Below are positions 23,698 to 37,075 of a stretch of DNA of 64,000 bases, piece after piece; positions within the stretch are counted from its first letter, which is position 1; every line of letters starts with the position of its first letter. The position numbers and the translations under genes were made by a program. Source of the stretch: Octopus sinensis (lineage: Eukaryota); assembly GCF_006345805.1 (NCBI RefSeq), contig NC_043002.1, forward strand, positions 107,384,001-107,448,000. The letters are read 5' to 3'. Under the pieces are notes generated by a model that worked only from the letters and a program-made list of their open reading frames with translations, was not told the origin of the DNA and ran no database searches.

Positions 23698-25494
23698 TGT
23701 ATAATATAATGGTTGTTGTTATTTAGCCCCGGGTTACCCCTGTTTGAGTAGATCTATGATTAGTAACTTTCCAGCTGTGACCAACACAATCCATTTTTCT
23801 TTTCTATTTTATTGAGATATAACGTATCTAATTTATGTTTTATAAGTTATATTCTGCTACTTGTGCCCAGAACATTAGGAAGAAGATATAAGCAGATAGG
23901 AATGAGTTGTTAGGCTATAATGAGATAAGTAGAGTTGATCTTTATCCCAAGCAGCAAAGAAGGCCCTCATGGGGCTTAATATCAGAACAAGACTAAATCT
24001 ATGGATATGATCCACATTTATTTTTCATAATTCCCATTTTATTGTAAATAGTGTGTCTTAAAGGTTTCTTACCTTTTTGTTATGGAGTCACTTGATCTGC
24101 TAGATATAGCAAATGACTTCAATTTCTTCATATCACAACCTACCATCTTAAAGAGAAATCTCATTGGTTAATAATGTGTTTATAGTTTAAGATGGTTGGC
24201 AGTGATATGAGGGAGTTAGGATTGGTTGCTATCTCTAGCAGATTGAGTGACTCCATAAAGAAGTGGTAAGGAACCCCTCACCTGTTTTCAAGTTCTCTAG
24301 CAGATTGAGTGACTCCATAAAGAAGGGTAAGGAACCCCTTACCTGTGTTCGAGTTTCAAATCACCAGTTTATGAAGGGTCTAAAAATCCTCTGGGAAAGA
24401 ACAGTTTAAGCCTTGAGATCAAACAGCAATTTGATACAAGTTACATCACGTATGAATTAAAGAGCTTTTAGATTTCCCAGCACAGAAGCACTGCACCTTC
24501 AGATTTCTGTGTACTTGAAATTTATCTATGGGGCTAAAATGCTTCCCAACCCTTGCTGTTAAAGGTTTCTTTAACACTGTCACACTGTCATCATCATCAT
24601 CATCATCATCGTTTAACGTCCATTTTCCGTGCTAGCACGGGTTGGACAGTTCGACCGGGGTCTGGGAAGCCAGGGGCTGCACCAGGCTCCAGTCTGATCT
24701 GGTAGAGTTTCTACAGCTGGATGCCCTTCCTAACGCCAACCACTCCGCGAGTGTAGTGGGTGCTTTTTAAGTGCCACCATTCATAGAAAAAGAAGATGCA
24801 ACCAATTCTGTCTGTTTGTCTGCCAGCAATCATTACTCTTCAGCTGTATATGCAATAATTTTAATCTTTTGTGTGGGAGCCCAGGTAGAGGATAAAGTTA
24901 GACACAGGGGCCCAAGTCTGAGAGGTTTAATGGTGAAAAATAGTGGTAGAGCCCAAAGCTCTCTAAAGGGTTAAAATGCTGTCTGCTGAAAGAAGTATAT
25001 TTGAAGGAACATCATTATGTTTAGAATATATTTTTGTTGATTTAATTTTATTTAAAGCAGGGGTGGGGAAGCCTTTTAGTGGGGTGAGCAAAAATTTCCT
25101 AAAAAGAGGTCTACAGGTGGATCAAGAGTTCTAACTTTGATATCTGTGTAAATCTTGTATATATAGGCACATGGTTCCAGGTTCAGTCCCACTGCGTGGC
25201 ACTTTGGGCCTTGTGTGTGGATTTAGTAGATGGAAGCTGAAAGAGGCTTCCATTGTTGGTGTGTTTATGTCCCCGTAACTTAGCAGTTCGGCAAAAGAGA
25301 CGGAAAGAATAAGTACTAGGCTTACAAAGAATAAGTCCTGGGGTTGATTTGTTCAACTAAAGGTGGTGCTCCAGCATGGCCACTCTCAAATGACTGAAAC
25401 AAATAAAAGAATAAAAGAATACCTATGTATAATTTGATATACGTTAATAAAGATAAGTGTAACACATTAAATTAATGCCTAACATCTTCATTAA

Positions 25495-25918
25495 AATTAT
25501 TTACATTTGACGGATATTTGTCCTTGTCTTGTTTGTTGTTAACACAACATTTCGGGTGGTATACCCTCCAGCCTTCATCAGGTGTCTTGGGGAAATTTCA
25601 AACCTGAGTTCTCATTCCTAATCTATTTTTTGATGTTATTATTATTATTATTATTATTCTGTCGTTACGTTCTGAGTTCAAATACCGCCGAGGTCGACTT
25701 TGCCTTTCATCCTTTCGGGGTCGATAAATAAAAGTACCAGTTTCGCACTGGGGGTGATATAATCGACTCAATCCCTTCATCTGTCCTTGTTTGTCCCCTC
25801 TATGTTTAGCCCCTTCTGGGCAGTAAAGAAATATATTATTATTATTATTCAGGTCACTGCCTGGAATTGAACTTGGAATCTTGGGGTTAGTAGCCTGCAC
25901 AGTTAACCACTATGCCAT
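25495..25918 (-). mobile_element. tRNA-headed SINE ending in a hammerhead-bearing (family H2) tail
   Basis: Head tggcatagtggttaa...gttcaattcc, (AAT)n (holding a nested SINE B at ~25660-25834), then gacacCTGATGAAGGCTG...GAAATGTTgtgtt; attaa direct repeat at both ends. Confidence 0.7.
25541..25586 (-). ncRNA. Minimal type-I hammerhead motif (decayed)
   Basis: gacac CTGATGA A GGCTG-10nt-CACCC GAAA TGTT gtgtt; stem I gacac/gtgtt pairs. Confidence 0.65.
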
Positions 25919-26757
25919 ATTAACGCCGCCATTGAATTTAGGACATTTATATTACTTATGAGGTATTCTATATTTTTCAGCTAGAGTGTTGTTGGGTCTG
26001 AAGGGGGTGGTACAAACTTTGCAATATCTGTTTTATGGTGGAAACAAAATTTCCATTCAAATGGAAATTACCAGACGATTTTCTGTTCAAGTCCGACCAT
26101 TTTAAGTCATAGTGGAAACCCGGCCTATGTCGCAAATAGACATACGAATATTGTATAAATTTTATGATTGAAAAATTTACTATATTTGCGCATACGATTA
26201 CAGCAACCTGCAGGTGCAGTAAAATGGGCTCATGAGCACAATTGCGCCCATGGGCAGGGGTTTCTCCACCCTTGATTTAAAGTCTGTTTTAGAAACACTT
26301 TTTTTTTCTTTTCTTTTACTTGTTTCAGTCATTTGACTGTAGCCATGCTGGAGCACCACCTTTAGTCAAAGAAATCAACCCCAGTACTTATTCTTTGTAA
26401 GTCTAGTACTTATTCTATCGGTCTGTTTTGCCGAACTAAAGTTACATTGACATAAACACACCAACATTGGTTGTCAAGAAATGGTGGGGGGACAAACACA
26501 CACACGCACACAAATATATATGCACATATATAAACACGGTGGACTTCTTTCAGTTTCCGTCTACCAAATCCACTCACAAGGCTTTGGTTAGCCTGAGGCT
26601 ATAGCAGAAGACTTGCTTAAGGGGCCTCACAAAGGGACTGAACCCAGGACCATGTTGGGAAGCAAGCTTCTTACCACACAGCCACATCTGTGCCTATACA
26701 CAGTGACATCTGGGCCTATACACAGCCTCATCTGTGCTTATAAAACAGTATTAACAC

Positions 26758-26811
26758 CTCCCTAGTTGGGAATCGAACCCTGGTCTCCTGCGTGACAAAC
26801 AGGGATACTTA
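26758..26811 (-). pseudogene. 5'-truncated, CpG-decayed tRNA-Asp(GUC) fragment
   Basis: aagtatccctgtttGTCacgcaggagaccagggttcgattcccaactagggag aligns to the 3' two-thirds of eukaryotic tRNA-Asp. Confidence 0.7.
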
Positions 26812-27248
26812 GCACAGGTTTCTTTCAGTTTCCATCTTCCAAATCCACTCACAAGACCTTGGTTGCCCCTAGGCCATAGTTGAAGATACTTTCCCAAGGA
26901 GCCATCCTGTGAGATTGAACCCAGAACCACATGACTAGAAAGCGAACTTCTTACCACGCAGCCAAGCATATTTGTTTATATTTGTAATTACTTAATTAGA
27001 GTAATTACAATTATTGTTTAAAACATGGAAATCTGGAGAAATTGTTGAATAGATAAAAAGAAGAATAAAGTTATAAGGTTTTAGTGGGGCACTGCCCACA
27101 GCTGTGTAGTAAGAACCTTGCTTCTGAACCACATCGTTATGGGTTCAGTCCCACTGTATGGCACCTTGGGTAAGTGTCTTCTTTTATAACTCAGGCTGAT
27201 CAAAACCTTGTGAGTGGATTTGTTAGATGGAAACTGAAAGAAGCCCTT

Positions 27249-27295
<47 letters not shown>

Positions 27296-27764
27296 TGTGT
27301 GTGTTTGTACTCCACCACTGCTTGACAACCAGTGTTGGTGTGTTTACATCCCCATAACTTTGGTTCAGCAAAAGAGACCAATAGAATAATAACAGGCTTT
27401 AGAAAAGAAAAATAAATACTTCAGTCTGTACATTTGATTAAAATTTCTTCAAAGTGGTGCCCCAGCATGACCACAGTCTAATGACTGAAACAAGTAAAAG
27501 ATGAAATATAAAAGAAAGCTCCACCTCTTTGATATTTGTTTTTATATTTACTCTTTTATTTGTTTCAGTTATTTGACTGCAGCCATACTGGAGCACTGCC
27601 TTTAGTCAAACAAATTGAGCCCAGGGCTTATTCTTTGTAAGCCTAGTACTTATTCTATCGGGCTCTTTTGCTGAACTGCTAAGTTATGGGGATGTAAACA
27701 TGCCGACATCGGTTGTCACACGATGGTGGGGGGACAAACACAGACACACAAAACATATATGAAT

Positions 27765-28080
27765 GACCATGGGATTGCACCTAGACAGTTACCCTCTGAA
27801 GCACAAGTCTGGGCAAGGTTGTTTGTGGAAGGCCAGCAGTCTCCCATGCATACTGGCCTCCCCTCTCCACACCACTGATGTTATCCAAGGGAAAGGCAAA
27901 AGGGCCGATACAGCTTGGCACCTGTGATGTTGCAACTCATTTCTACAGCTGATTGGACTGGAGCAACGTGAAATAAAGTGTCTTGCTCAAGAACACAACA
28001 CGCAGCCCAGTCCGGGAATCGAACTCACAATCTCACAATCGTAAGCTCGACGCTCTAACCACTGAACCATGTGCCTTCAC
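27765..28080 (-). mobile_element. SINE family G (tRNA head plus CORE/Meta-like gtgttcttgagcaagacactt), nested in a SINE A
   Basis: Head ggttcagtggttagagcg...gagttcgattccc; partial copy at ~44960-45125. Confidence 0.7.
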
Positions 28081-28431
28081 ATATACACATACACACATAT
28101 ATATATATATATATGTGCAATGGGCTTCTTTCAGTTTCCATCTACCAAATCCACTTACAAGGCTTTGGTTGGCCCGAGGCTATAGTAGAAGACACTTGCA
28201 CAAAGTACCACACAATGGGACTGATCCTGGAACCATGTGGTCGGGAAGCAAGCTACTTACCACGCAACCACTCCTCTGCCTATTTTGTGTTAGCTTATTT
28301 TTCATAAATGTCTAAATTTTGTAAGATTTTTTTTCCTTTTTGTTTTAAATCCGTGCTTGTCAGATGGCTGTTAACTTCAATGTGGCCTTCCAACATAAAA
28401 ATGTTCACCTTCTCTGCCTTGAAGCGTTTGA

Positions 28432-28965
28432 ATCATCATCATCATCATCGTTTAACGTCCGCTTTTCATGCTAGCATGGGTTGGACGGTTCAACTGGGGT
28501 CTGGGGAGCCAGAAGGGTGCACCAGGCCAGTCAGATCTGGCAGTGTTTCTACAGCTGGATGCCCTTCCTAATGCCAACCACTCCGTGAGTGTAGTAGGTG
28601 CTTTTTATGTGCCACCGACACAGGTGCCAGACGAGGCTGGCGAACGGCCACGCTCGGATGGTGTTTTTTATGTGCCACCGACACAGGTGCCAGACGAGGT
28701 TGGCGAACGGCCACGCTCGGATGGTGTTTTTTTTATGTGCCACCGACACAGGTGCCAGACGAGGCTGGCGAACGGCCACGCTCGGATGGTGTTTTTTATG
28801 TGCCACCGACACAGGTGCCAGACGAGGTTGGCGAACGGCCACGCTCGGATGGTGTTTTTTTTATGTGCCACCGACACAGGTGCCAGACGAGGCTGGCGAA
28901 CGGCCACGCTCGGATGGTGTTTTTTATGTGCCACCGACCCAGGTGCCAGACGAGGCTGGCGACAC
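28432..28965 (-). mobile_element. SINE family D with an internal 63/65-bp tandem array (28607-28963)
   Basis: RTE-type tail plus five full units and one partial unit. Confidence 0.85.
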
Positions 28966-29577
28966 ACTAGATATTACTGTAACGATTAGTAGGACATTCC
29001 AGTCTTCATTACATTACTCAGTTGATGTTTGTTTAGTTCCAGGTCAGACCTGATCGAGAGAGCAGACCGATGGCTAAAAGCATTCAATTCAGTTGCAGCC
29101 ATCATCATCATCTTCATGATCACCATCATCTTTTGTACTAACCGTTCTTTCTTCCTCTCTCTCTCTCTCTCTCTTAAACAATACTGTTTTTCTTTGTGCA
29201 TTTCCCCTACCACTATTTACCACCCACACCTCTCTTGTCTTCCACTAAACCACCATAGCCCCACCCACCCACCACACCACCTCCTCCTCCTCCTCCACAA
29301 CCTGCATAACCCTCTTTTCTTATCCATCTCTCATTTCTCTTGAGATCAATAAACACACAGGCTTCCATCCAAAGTCCTAAAAGACCAATTTATCCAAGCT
29401 TTTACAAAGCCCCTCCCCTCTTTGTTTCATTTACTTAACAAGCATTTCATTCATGACAAACAGACAAACCCACCCACGCCAACCACCAATCACTTAGCAC
29501 AAACCCCTTATTTTATCTGCACAGATGCTTTCCATTTCCTGGGTTCTGTTTTGCCGTTGGCAGCTTTCAACCATTTA

Positions 29578-29880
29578 CACATCATCATCATCATCATCAT
29601 CACCACCATCATCATCACCATCATCATCATCATCACCAGCAACAGCAATGTTTAAATGATTGCCATTGCCATTGTTGCCATCATCATCTACACCATTACC
29701 ACTGCCACTCCTTGAATGACCACCACTATTGTCATTGCTGTTGTCATCATCATCATCACCAATGGAATTACCTAAGTCCCACAGCTACCCGCTACTACTA
29801 CTACTGCTGCTGTTACTACTACTACTACTCCAAGAATTGCCATCATTATCATCATTATAACCAATACTACTATCAAAAAC
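29578..29880. repeat. (CAT)n/(TAC)n low-complexity tract
   Basis: Direct inspection. Confidence 0.9.
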
Positions 29881-29981
29881 AAAATTATCAGTTTGTAAAA
29901 ATGAATGTCTGAATGCATATGTTGATAATTTGCTGCATGCATGTCTGTAGTAATATGTGCAGAAATATATGCATTCATATA

Positions 29982-30214
29982 TATTTCTTTACTGCCCACA
30001 AGGGGCTAAACACAGAGGGGACAAACAAGGACAGACATAGGTATTAAGTCGATTACATCGACCCCAGTGCGTAACTGGTACTTAATTTATCGACCCCGAA
30101 AAGATGAAAGGCAAAGTCGACCACGACGGAATTTGAACTCAGAGCGTAACGGCGGACGAAATACGGTTACGCATTTCGCCCGGCATGCTAACGTTTCTGC
30201 CAGCTTGCCGCCTT
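29982..30214 (-). mobile_element. SINE family B, young copy
   Basis: Near-consensus; others at 31725-31950 (-), 32320-32545 (+), 38290-38510 (+), 58557-58792 (+) and 61383-61685 (+). Confidence 0.9.
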
Positions 30215-30872
30215 AATATGCGTTCATATATCTGCATGTTTCTCTTTGAAGTGTTTATGTAAGTTCGATCATATTTTATCATATAACACACACACACACA
30301 CACACACATGCACCAGGGCTGTGGAGTCGGAGTCAGAAACAATTAAGGGATAAGTTAGAGTCGGTAAAACTATGCTGATTGCGACTCTGACTCATGATAT
30401 CTTTATTCTTTAATATAAACCAGTTATAACATAAACGCCTACTCAAAGTACAAACGTATGCATATACTTTATGAGATATGTAGACCACAATCAATTACAT
30501 AAAGAGGAGTCGGAATTGGATTTGGAGGTGCCAATAGTATAGGAGTCAGAGTCAGGGTCGAAGCTTTTTGTTTCAACTCCACAGCTCTCTCTCTCTCTCA
30601 CATACACACACACACACAATATCATCATCACCGTCATTTTATGCCTGCTTTCCTGGCTGGCATGGGTTGGACAGGCCGTCAGTTCTTATTTGAAGTTACC
30701 ACTCTCCTACATGGTTTAGGGACCACATCTTATGCATCGATGTCATTTATGGCTTGGTGTTGCTGCCTGATTGCCCTTCCTAATGTTAACCATTTTACAG
30801 ACTGTACTAGGTACATGTTGTTGTGTCACTAGTCCTGGTTGGATTGTCTTATCCCTGGCAAGACTACAGTGG

Positions 30873-30903
<31 letters not shown>

Positions 30904-32784
30904 ATATTATCTTTGTTCATTCATTCAGTAGCACTAGAGAGATTGTCTTGTCTCCAGTAAATGTAGAAAGAGCTCCTCCATCAAGCAGTATCTGTGTTCA
31001 TTTCTTCCTTTCATTCCCATGCAACTGCATGGGGATAAAAAAAAAAGGGTCCATAGTAAATGGGTAATAGAAGAAAGAGGAACCAGAGTGAGAAGAGGAG
31101 AGTCAGCTACATCAGAGTTGTTGGTAAGGAGATCGAGTAGAAACTACAGGATTGGGAGAGTGATGTGTGATGATGAGAGCAAGAAGTAACAGAGCAGAGG
31201 GAATGGTGATACAGCTCTATGATGGTTGATGGTAAGGAAATTAAACAGAAGCATCATGGACGATGAGTAGAAAGATTGACAGGAAGGCATAATGTGTGTG
31301 AGAAAGAGAGAGAGAGAGAGTAAACAAAGATGGTGGTTGAAAGAGAGGACTTATTAAGACTAGTGGTATGATGGGATTGAGGGTAATTAGTAGAGACTGC
31401 TCTCACCACTTCACTCATCAATTTGTCTGCTTTTCCGTGGTTTCCTGAGTTGTGTAGCCCTCCTCCTACACTGTGTTTTGCCACTTGTTGTGGTCCTATG
31501 TAAGGTTCAACCTCTTGCGATCAATCTTCTCTCTACTTCATCTGATATCTTCCTTGGTCTTCTTCTTCCACCTTTCATAAATACACCATATGCTTGCACC
31601 CTTGAAGCCTTCTCTCTTCTAAACTACATCCAATTCCTCTTTTATCGAAGTTTTCCTCTCAGCACATTCCACTGTTACACATTCTGCAGAACCTGATCAT
31701 CTCATTTCTTTCCTACCTATTTCTTTACTACCCACCAGGGGCTAAACATAGAGAGGACAAACAAGGACAGGCAAACGGATTAAGTCGATTATATCGAACC
31801 CAGTGCGTAACTGGTACTTATTTAATCGACCCCGAAAGGATGAAAGGCAAAGTTGACCTCGGCGGAATTTGAACTCAGAACGTAACGGCAGACGAAATAC
31901 GGCTCCGCATTTCGCCTGATGTGCTAACGTTTCCGCCAGCTCGCCGCCTTCATTTCTTTCCTACCATTTACAAATCCCCTCATCCAAGCCCCACATTTTA
32001 CTGCCATGCAGCATTACATTTTGTTCACAAGCACCCACCCTTTAATCCACCTCCACTTTGATAGAGAGCCCCTTCAACATCTTCCACATCTCCTTCTTAT
32101 GCTACTTGTTCAGAGCATCCCTCTCTATTGTTAATCAACTGTCAGTGTCCAACCAGTGAAGGGGATCTTTCAAGCACATGCAGGTTCACTTGAGGCTGTC
32201 ATGATATTTTAGGTTACATCTCAAAACTGATATCTGACATTTATAGCACAAGCCTACATGTTGCACAGAACTGTACAGTTGAGAGAGTCAATCGTGATAT
32301 ATGCCTCATAGCATATATGCGAGCTGGCAGAATCGTTAGCACGCCGGGCGAAATGCTTATCTGTATTTCGTCTGCCGCTACGTTCTGAGTTCAAATTCCG
32401 CCGAGGTCGACTTTGCCTTTCATCCTTTCGGGGTCGATTAAATAAGTACCAGTTATGTACTGGGGTCAATATAATCGACTTAATCTGTTTGTCTGTCATT
32501 GTTTGTCCTCTCTGTGTTGAGCCCCTTGTGGGTAGTAAAGAAAGAGATATATGCCTCATGTATATATCTTATTGATCTCAAAGACAGGAATTGCAAAATT
32601 TCAATATTTAGAATGATTGCTGGTATTGTCATGTAATAAGAAGTTTACTTAACAATCAAATGGCTCCAGGTTCAGTTCCACTGCACAGTACCTTGAGCAA
32701 CTGATTCAATGATAGCCTTAGCTGGATCTAAACCAGAACTCCATCAAATGGACTTTTTTTTTTCTTTTTGAGTGGTATACTCTC

Positions 32785-33195
32785 TTTTACTCTCTTTTAC
32801 TTGTTTCAGTCATTTGACTGCGGCCATGCTGGAGCACCACCTTTAGTTGAGCAAATCGACCCCGGAACTTATTCTTTGTAAGCCCAGTACTTATTCTATC
32901 GGTCTCTTTTGCCGAACCGCTAAGTGACGGGGACGTAAACACACACCAGCATCGGTTGTCAGGCAATGCTAGGGGGACAAACACAGACACACAAACACAC
33001 ACACACACATACATATATATATATACATATATACGACAGGCTTCTTTCAGTTTCCGTCTACCAAATCCACTCACAAGGCATTGGTCGGCCTGGGGCTATA
33101 GTAGAAGACACTTGCCCAAGATGCCACGCAGTGGGACTGAACCCAGAACCATGTGGTTGGTTAGCAAGCTACTACCACACAGCCACTCCTGCGCC
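32785..33195 (-). mobile_element. SINE family A, young copy
   Basis: Near-consensus; others at 36047-36495 (+), 40527-40945 (+), 44448-44855 (-), 51455-51885 (+), 55845-56250 (+), 62820-63140 (-) and 63345-63750 (+). Confidence 0.9.
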
Positions 33196-33599
33196 TATCC
33201 CTAAATTATGAATGTGCAAAGACTGCTCTTCTCTTTCTCATTAAGCCATGCGAAAGAATAAAAAGTGGGATTCAAACTGCGAGGGTGGGGTGGGAGCAGA
33301 GGGAAAGGGAAGAAGAGTCGGGGGAGTGGATACCATATCTTCCCTGCCATCATATTTTCCGTTTAAACCCCGAACAATATCCCACTTTCTGTGTCCATCT
33401 GCACAATTAAGACCTGCTCTGATAACATCAGGGGAATAGAACAACAACATATGGTAGATCTAGACAAACTCCATTGTCCATTTTCGGTACACTTGAACAC
33501 TGTAAAAAATACTTGGAGAATTCTTAATGTGCCTTGATGGGACAAGTAATTCATAGCACATGTTTGTTTTTTTTCTTTTTGAAAACTGTGGCTGTATGC

Positions 33600-33658
<59 letters not shown>

Positions 33659-33712
33659 TGTGTACAGGGATATATTTCTTGTTCTTACGTGAACTTGTTT
33701 GTGCGGTGTGTA

Positions 33713-33758
<46 letters not shown>

Positions 33759-33855
33759 TAAAATATACATATATAAAATATAGATATCATCATTATTATT
33801 ATTATTATTATTATTATTACTAATAAATAATTATAATATGAGTTTCCAGCTAGCA

Positions 33856-34022
33856 TAAAAGAGTAAATCCATAAATATTATATTTAATTAATAATTATAA
33901 TTGAGGGTACACGGTGGTTTATTAGAGTATCTTTTTACTCTTATTTACAGCAATGCTGGTGCCTCATGTACCCTCAACTATAATTATTAATTAAATATTA
34001 AACTTACGGATTTACCCTTTTA
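33856..34022. mobile_element. MITE with ~55-bp TIRs
   Basis: taaaagagtaaatcc...ttgagggtaca pairs with tgtaccctcaa...ggatttacccttta. Confidence 0.65.
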
Positions 34023-34383
34023 TTATATATGTATATATGTTTGTATGTATGTATGTATGTCAGTCATTGTTCAGTTTTATTTCAAGTTTCTTTCCAATAG
34101 AGAAAGAGCCGGTTTCTAACCTTGATCCAAGGCTCCTTCATTGAAATTTCAACATCAACAACAGGGTATTTTTGTTTGTATGTATGTATGTATGTTTGTA
34201 ATGTTTTGCTTTAAGTATGTATTCTCATGCATATAGTTGCATATCTAGACATGCTCATATATATTTAAATGGTAAACTTCTGGAAAGTTTTACAGATTTT
34301 TACAGTTCCAGTGATGGATTGGATCTGTAGACGTTGAATCAGATTAATTATGATGGTAATAATAATAATAATACATAAAATAC

Positions 34384-35056
34384 AGAAAAGACAACACAGC
34401 AGAAAGTGATGTGCAGAATCTGTGGACAAAACAGTGAAACCGTATGGCATATTACCAGCCAATGTATGCCACTAGCCCAGAAAGGATATAAGAGGTGCTA
34501 TGACAATACAGCAAGGATTGTCCATTGGACACTTTGCAACAAGTATGGACTTGACAGAGCAAAAAATTGGTACAACCACAAACCTGAAGACACCGTCGAA
34601 AATAGAAATGCAAAGATCCTATGGGATTTTATGATTCAGTGCGACCATGAGATAGAGAATAGGAAACCAGACATAGTTTCTTGAGAAAGAAAACAAACTA
34701 TGCTGGATCATAGATATAGCATGCCCAGCTGACAACAGGGTATGCGATAAGGAAGAAAGAAAAGTTGAGAGATATGACAGGTTAGCTTGGGAAGTTAAGC
34801 AGTTGTGGTCGAGGAAAAAAGTAGCAGTAGTACCAATAATTGTTGGAGCCCTGGGAACAGTGAGCAAAACTCTTGAGAAGTACATGGAAAAAATAGGGGC
34901 TGCAATAAGGGTGGAGCACTTGCAGAAAACAGCACTGCTTGGAACCGCTCGAATACTCTGGAAGGTGCTCGAAAAATAAGAGGTGTTACCTTAGTTCACT
35001 TGTAGTGAACAGCTGATACTGTAATACATCTCCTGTGTTAGGAGCTGTGCAAAGGC
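34384..35056 (+). mobile_element. R4/Dong-clade non-LTR retrotransposon, 5'-truncated (CCHC plus restriction-like endonuclease)
   Basis: CRICG...ETVWHITSQC...KILWDFMIQCDHEIENRKPDIV, one frameshift, then CWIIDIACP...KVERY...VPIIVGALGTV...LQKTALLGTARIL*; (TAA)n on both sides. Confidence 0.85.
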
Positions 35057-36219
35057 AATAATAATGATGATAATAATAATAATTTCTTTATTAGCCACAA
35101 GGCCATAGCTGAGGGGGTGGGCATCACAAGGACAGACAACATAAAGGGTAAGGAGAAAGCAATGGAAAAGATGGTGAAATGCGATAAAAATAGATATAAT
35201 ACACAAGGTGAATCCTAACGAAGAAATGTCTGAATGTTTGTAAAGCCCTCTCATGGAAGAAAGAAAACCAGGAAAGAAGGTTAAAATATAAAATTCCAAA
35301 AGTTGGCTGCATTGACAGTTGGAGCTTGTGAGAAAGAAATAATAATGAAAGAACACCATTGTCAGTTAAAGGGACAGATCTAAAGGCTTTCTTCCAGGTG
35401 TGGTTGTGTGGTTAAGATATTGGCTTCCCAATCACATAGTCTCAGGTTCAATCATACTGCATGGCACCTTGAGTAAGTGGCTTCTTCTCCTGTAGCCCCT
35501 GGTTGATCAAAGCCTGATCAAAGCCTTGTGAATGGATTTTGTAGACAAAGTCTGAAAACAGCCCTTTGTGTATATCATCATCATCATCATCATCTAATGT
35601 CCTCCGTCCATGCTGGCATGGGACACACAGTTTGACAGAAGCTGGTAATCCAGACAATTGTATTAAGCTCTACTCTCTGCTTTGTCACAGTTCCTATGGC
35701 AGGATGCCTTTGCAAACATGGACCACGTTACTGAGTGTACTGGGTGCTTTTTATGTGACACCAGCACCAACAGGGTCACCAAAACAAGACCCCTCTCAGT
35801 TATATATATATGTGCGGGTATGTGTGGTTGTGTGTGTATGTATCTATCTTCTTCTCTTGACATCACATGGCTGTTGTAAATGAGTGTCACTGTCATACAT
35901 GCAGTGTCAATCATTTCCAACCATTCTGTGTGAATGTGTCTGGTCATAGAAAACCTGCCTCAAAAAACTCAGTCTGACCCATGCAAAGATGGAAAAGTGG
36001 GCTTCAAAACAATGTCGATGGCAGATAACAATGATTATATACATATAGGCGCAGGAGTGGCTGTGTGGTAAGTAGCTTGTTAACCAACCACATGGTTCCG
36101 GGTTCAGTACCACTGCGTGGCATCTTGGGCGAGTGTCTTCTGCTATAGCCTTGGGCCGACCAAAGCCTTGTGAGTGGATTTGGTAGACGGAACTGAAAGA
36201 AGCCTGTTGTATATATGTA

Positions 36220-36286
<67 letters not shown>

Positions 36287-37075
36287 ATGTTTGTCTGTGT
36301 TTGTCTCTCTAGCATTGCTTGACAACCGATGCTGGTGTGTTTACGTCCCCGTCACTTAGCGGTTCGGCAAAAGAGACCGATAGAATAAATACTGGGCTTA
36401 CAAAGAATAAGTCCCGGGGTCGATTTGCTTGACTGAAGGCGGTGCTCCAGCATGGCCGCAGTCAAATGACTGAAACAAGTAAAAGAGTAAAGAGTATATC
36501 TACACACACACACACACATTGTGTTTCCGTCAAAGGTTTATGCTAAGACTGTATTTATTGAAGTTGCTCCTCCTAAGTTGTTCTTATTGTTGTTCTTTGT
36601 ATTTTCAGTATGTGAGTGACATACAGACAAAGAAATTGGCAATGTCTTTAGAACATTTGACAGAATGCCTCACACCATTTGTTCTTGGAGCTCAAATTCT
36701 GCTGAGGTCAACTTGACCTTCATCCTTTCAGCATTGGTAAAATAAAGCACTGAACCAGGCTGAAGGATTGACAGAAGTGGGAAAGTGTTGGGCGAGAACC
36801 TTACAGTATCTCTTCACACTGTTTGTGTTCTGGAAGCAATGTCTACAATAACACAGGGGCCAAGTTGTGTCAGCCTTAAACACAAACCATGCAGAACCTA
36901 TCATGTGTGTGTGCTCTCTCTGTAAGGCAGTGGTTCTCAACTGAGGTTCATATGACCCTTGGGGGACCACATAGGTTTTTTTCTGTTCAAACTTTTGTGC
37001 AGTTAAACTGTTTATACTTCTGCAATCCACAAAATAATTTCATTCTCTTTTTATACAATTCCTAAGAATATTTAA

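Larger units (their letters stand above)
25058..26274 (+). mobile_element. hAT-type MITE with three nested retroposons
   Basis: caggggtgggg...ccacccttg termini; 8-bp TSD atttaaag (25050-25057 and 26275-26282); uninterrupted sister copy at 49603-50114. Confidence 0.8.

Noticed and set aside
28607-28963. CRISPR-like appearance of the arrays here and at 50681-50991
   Set aside because: The units are contiguous with no unique spacers, there are no cas genes, and the context is eukaryotic.
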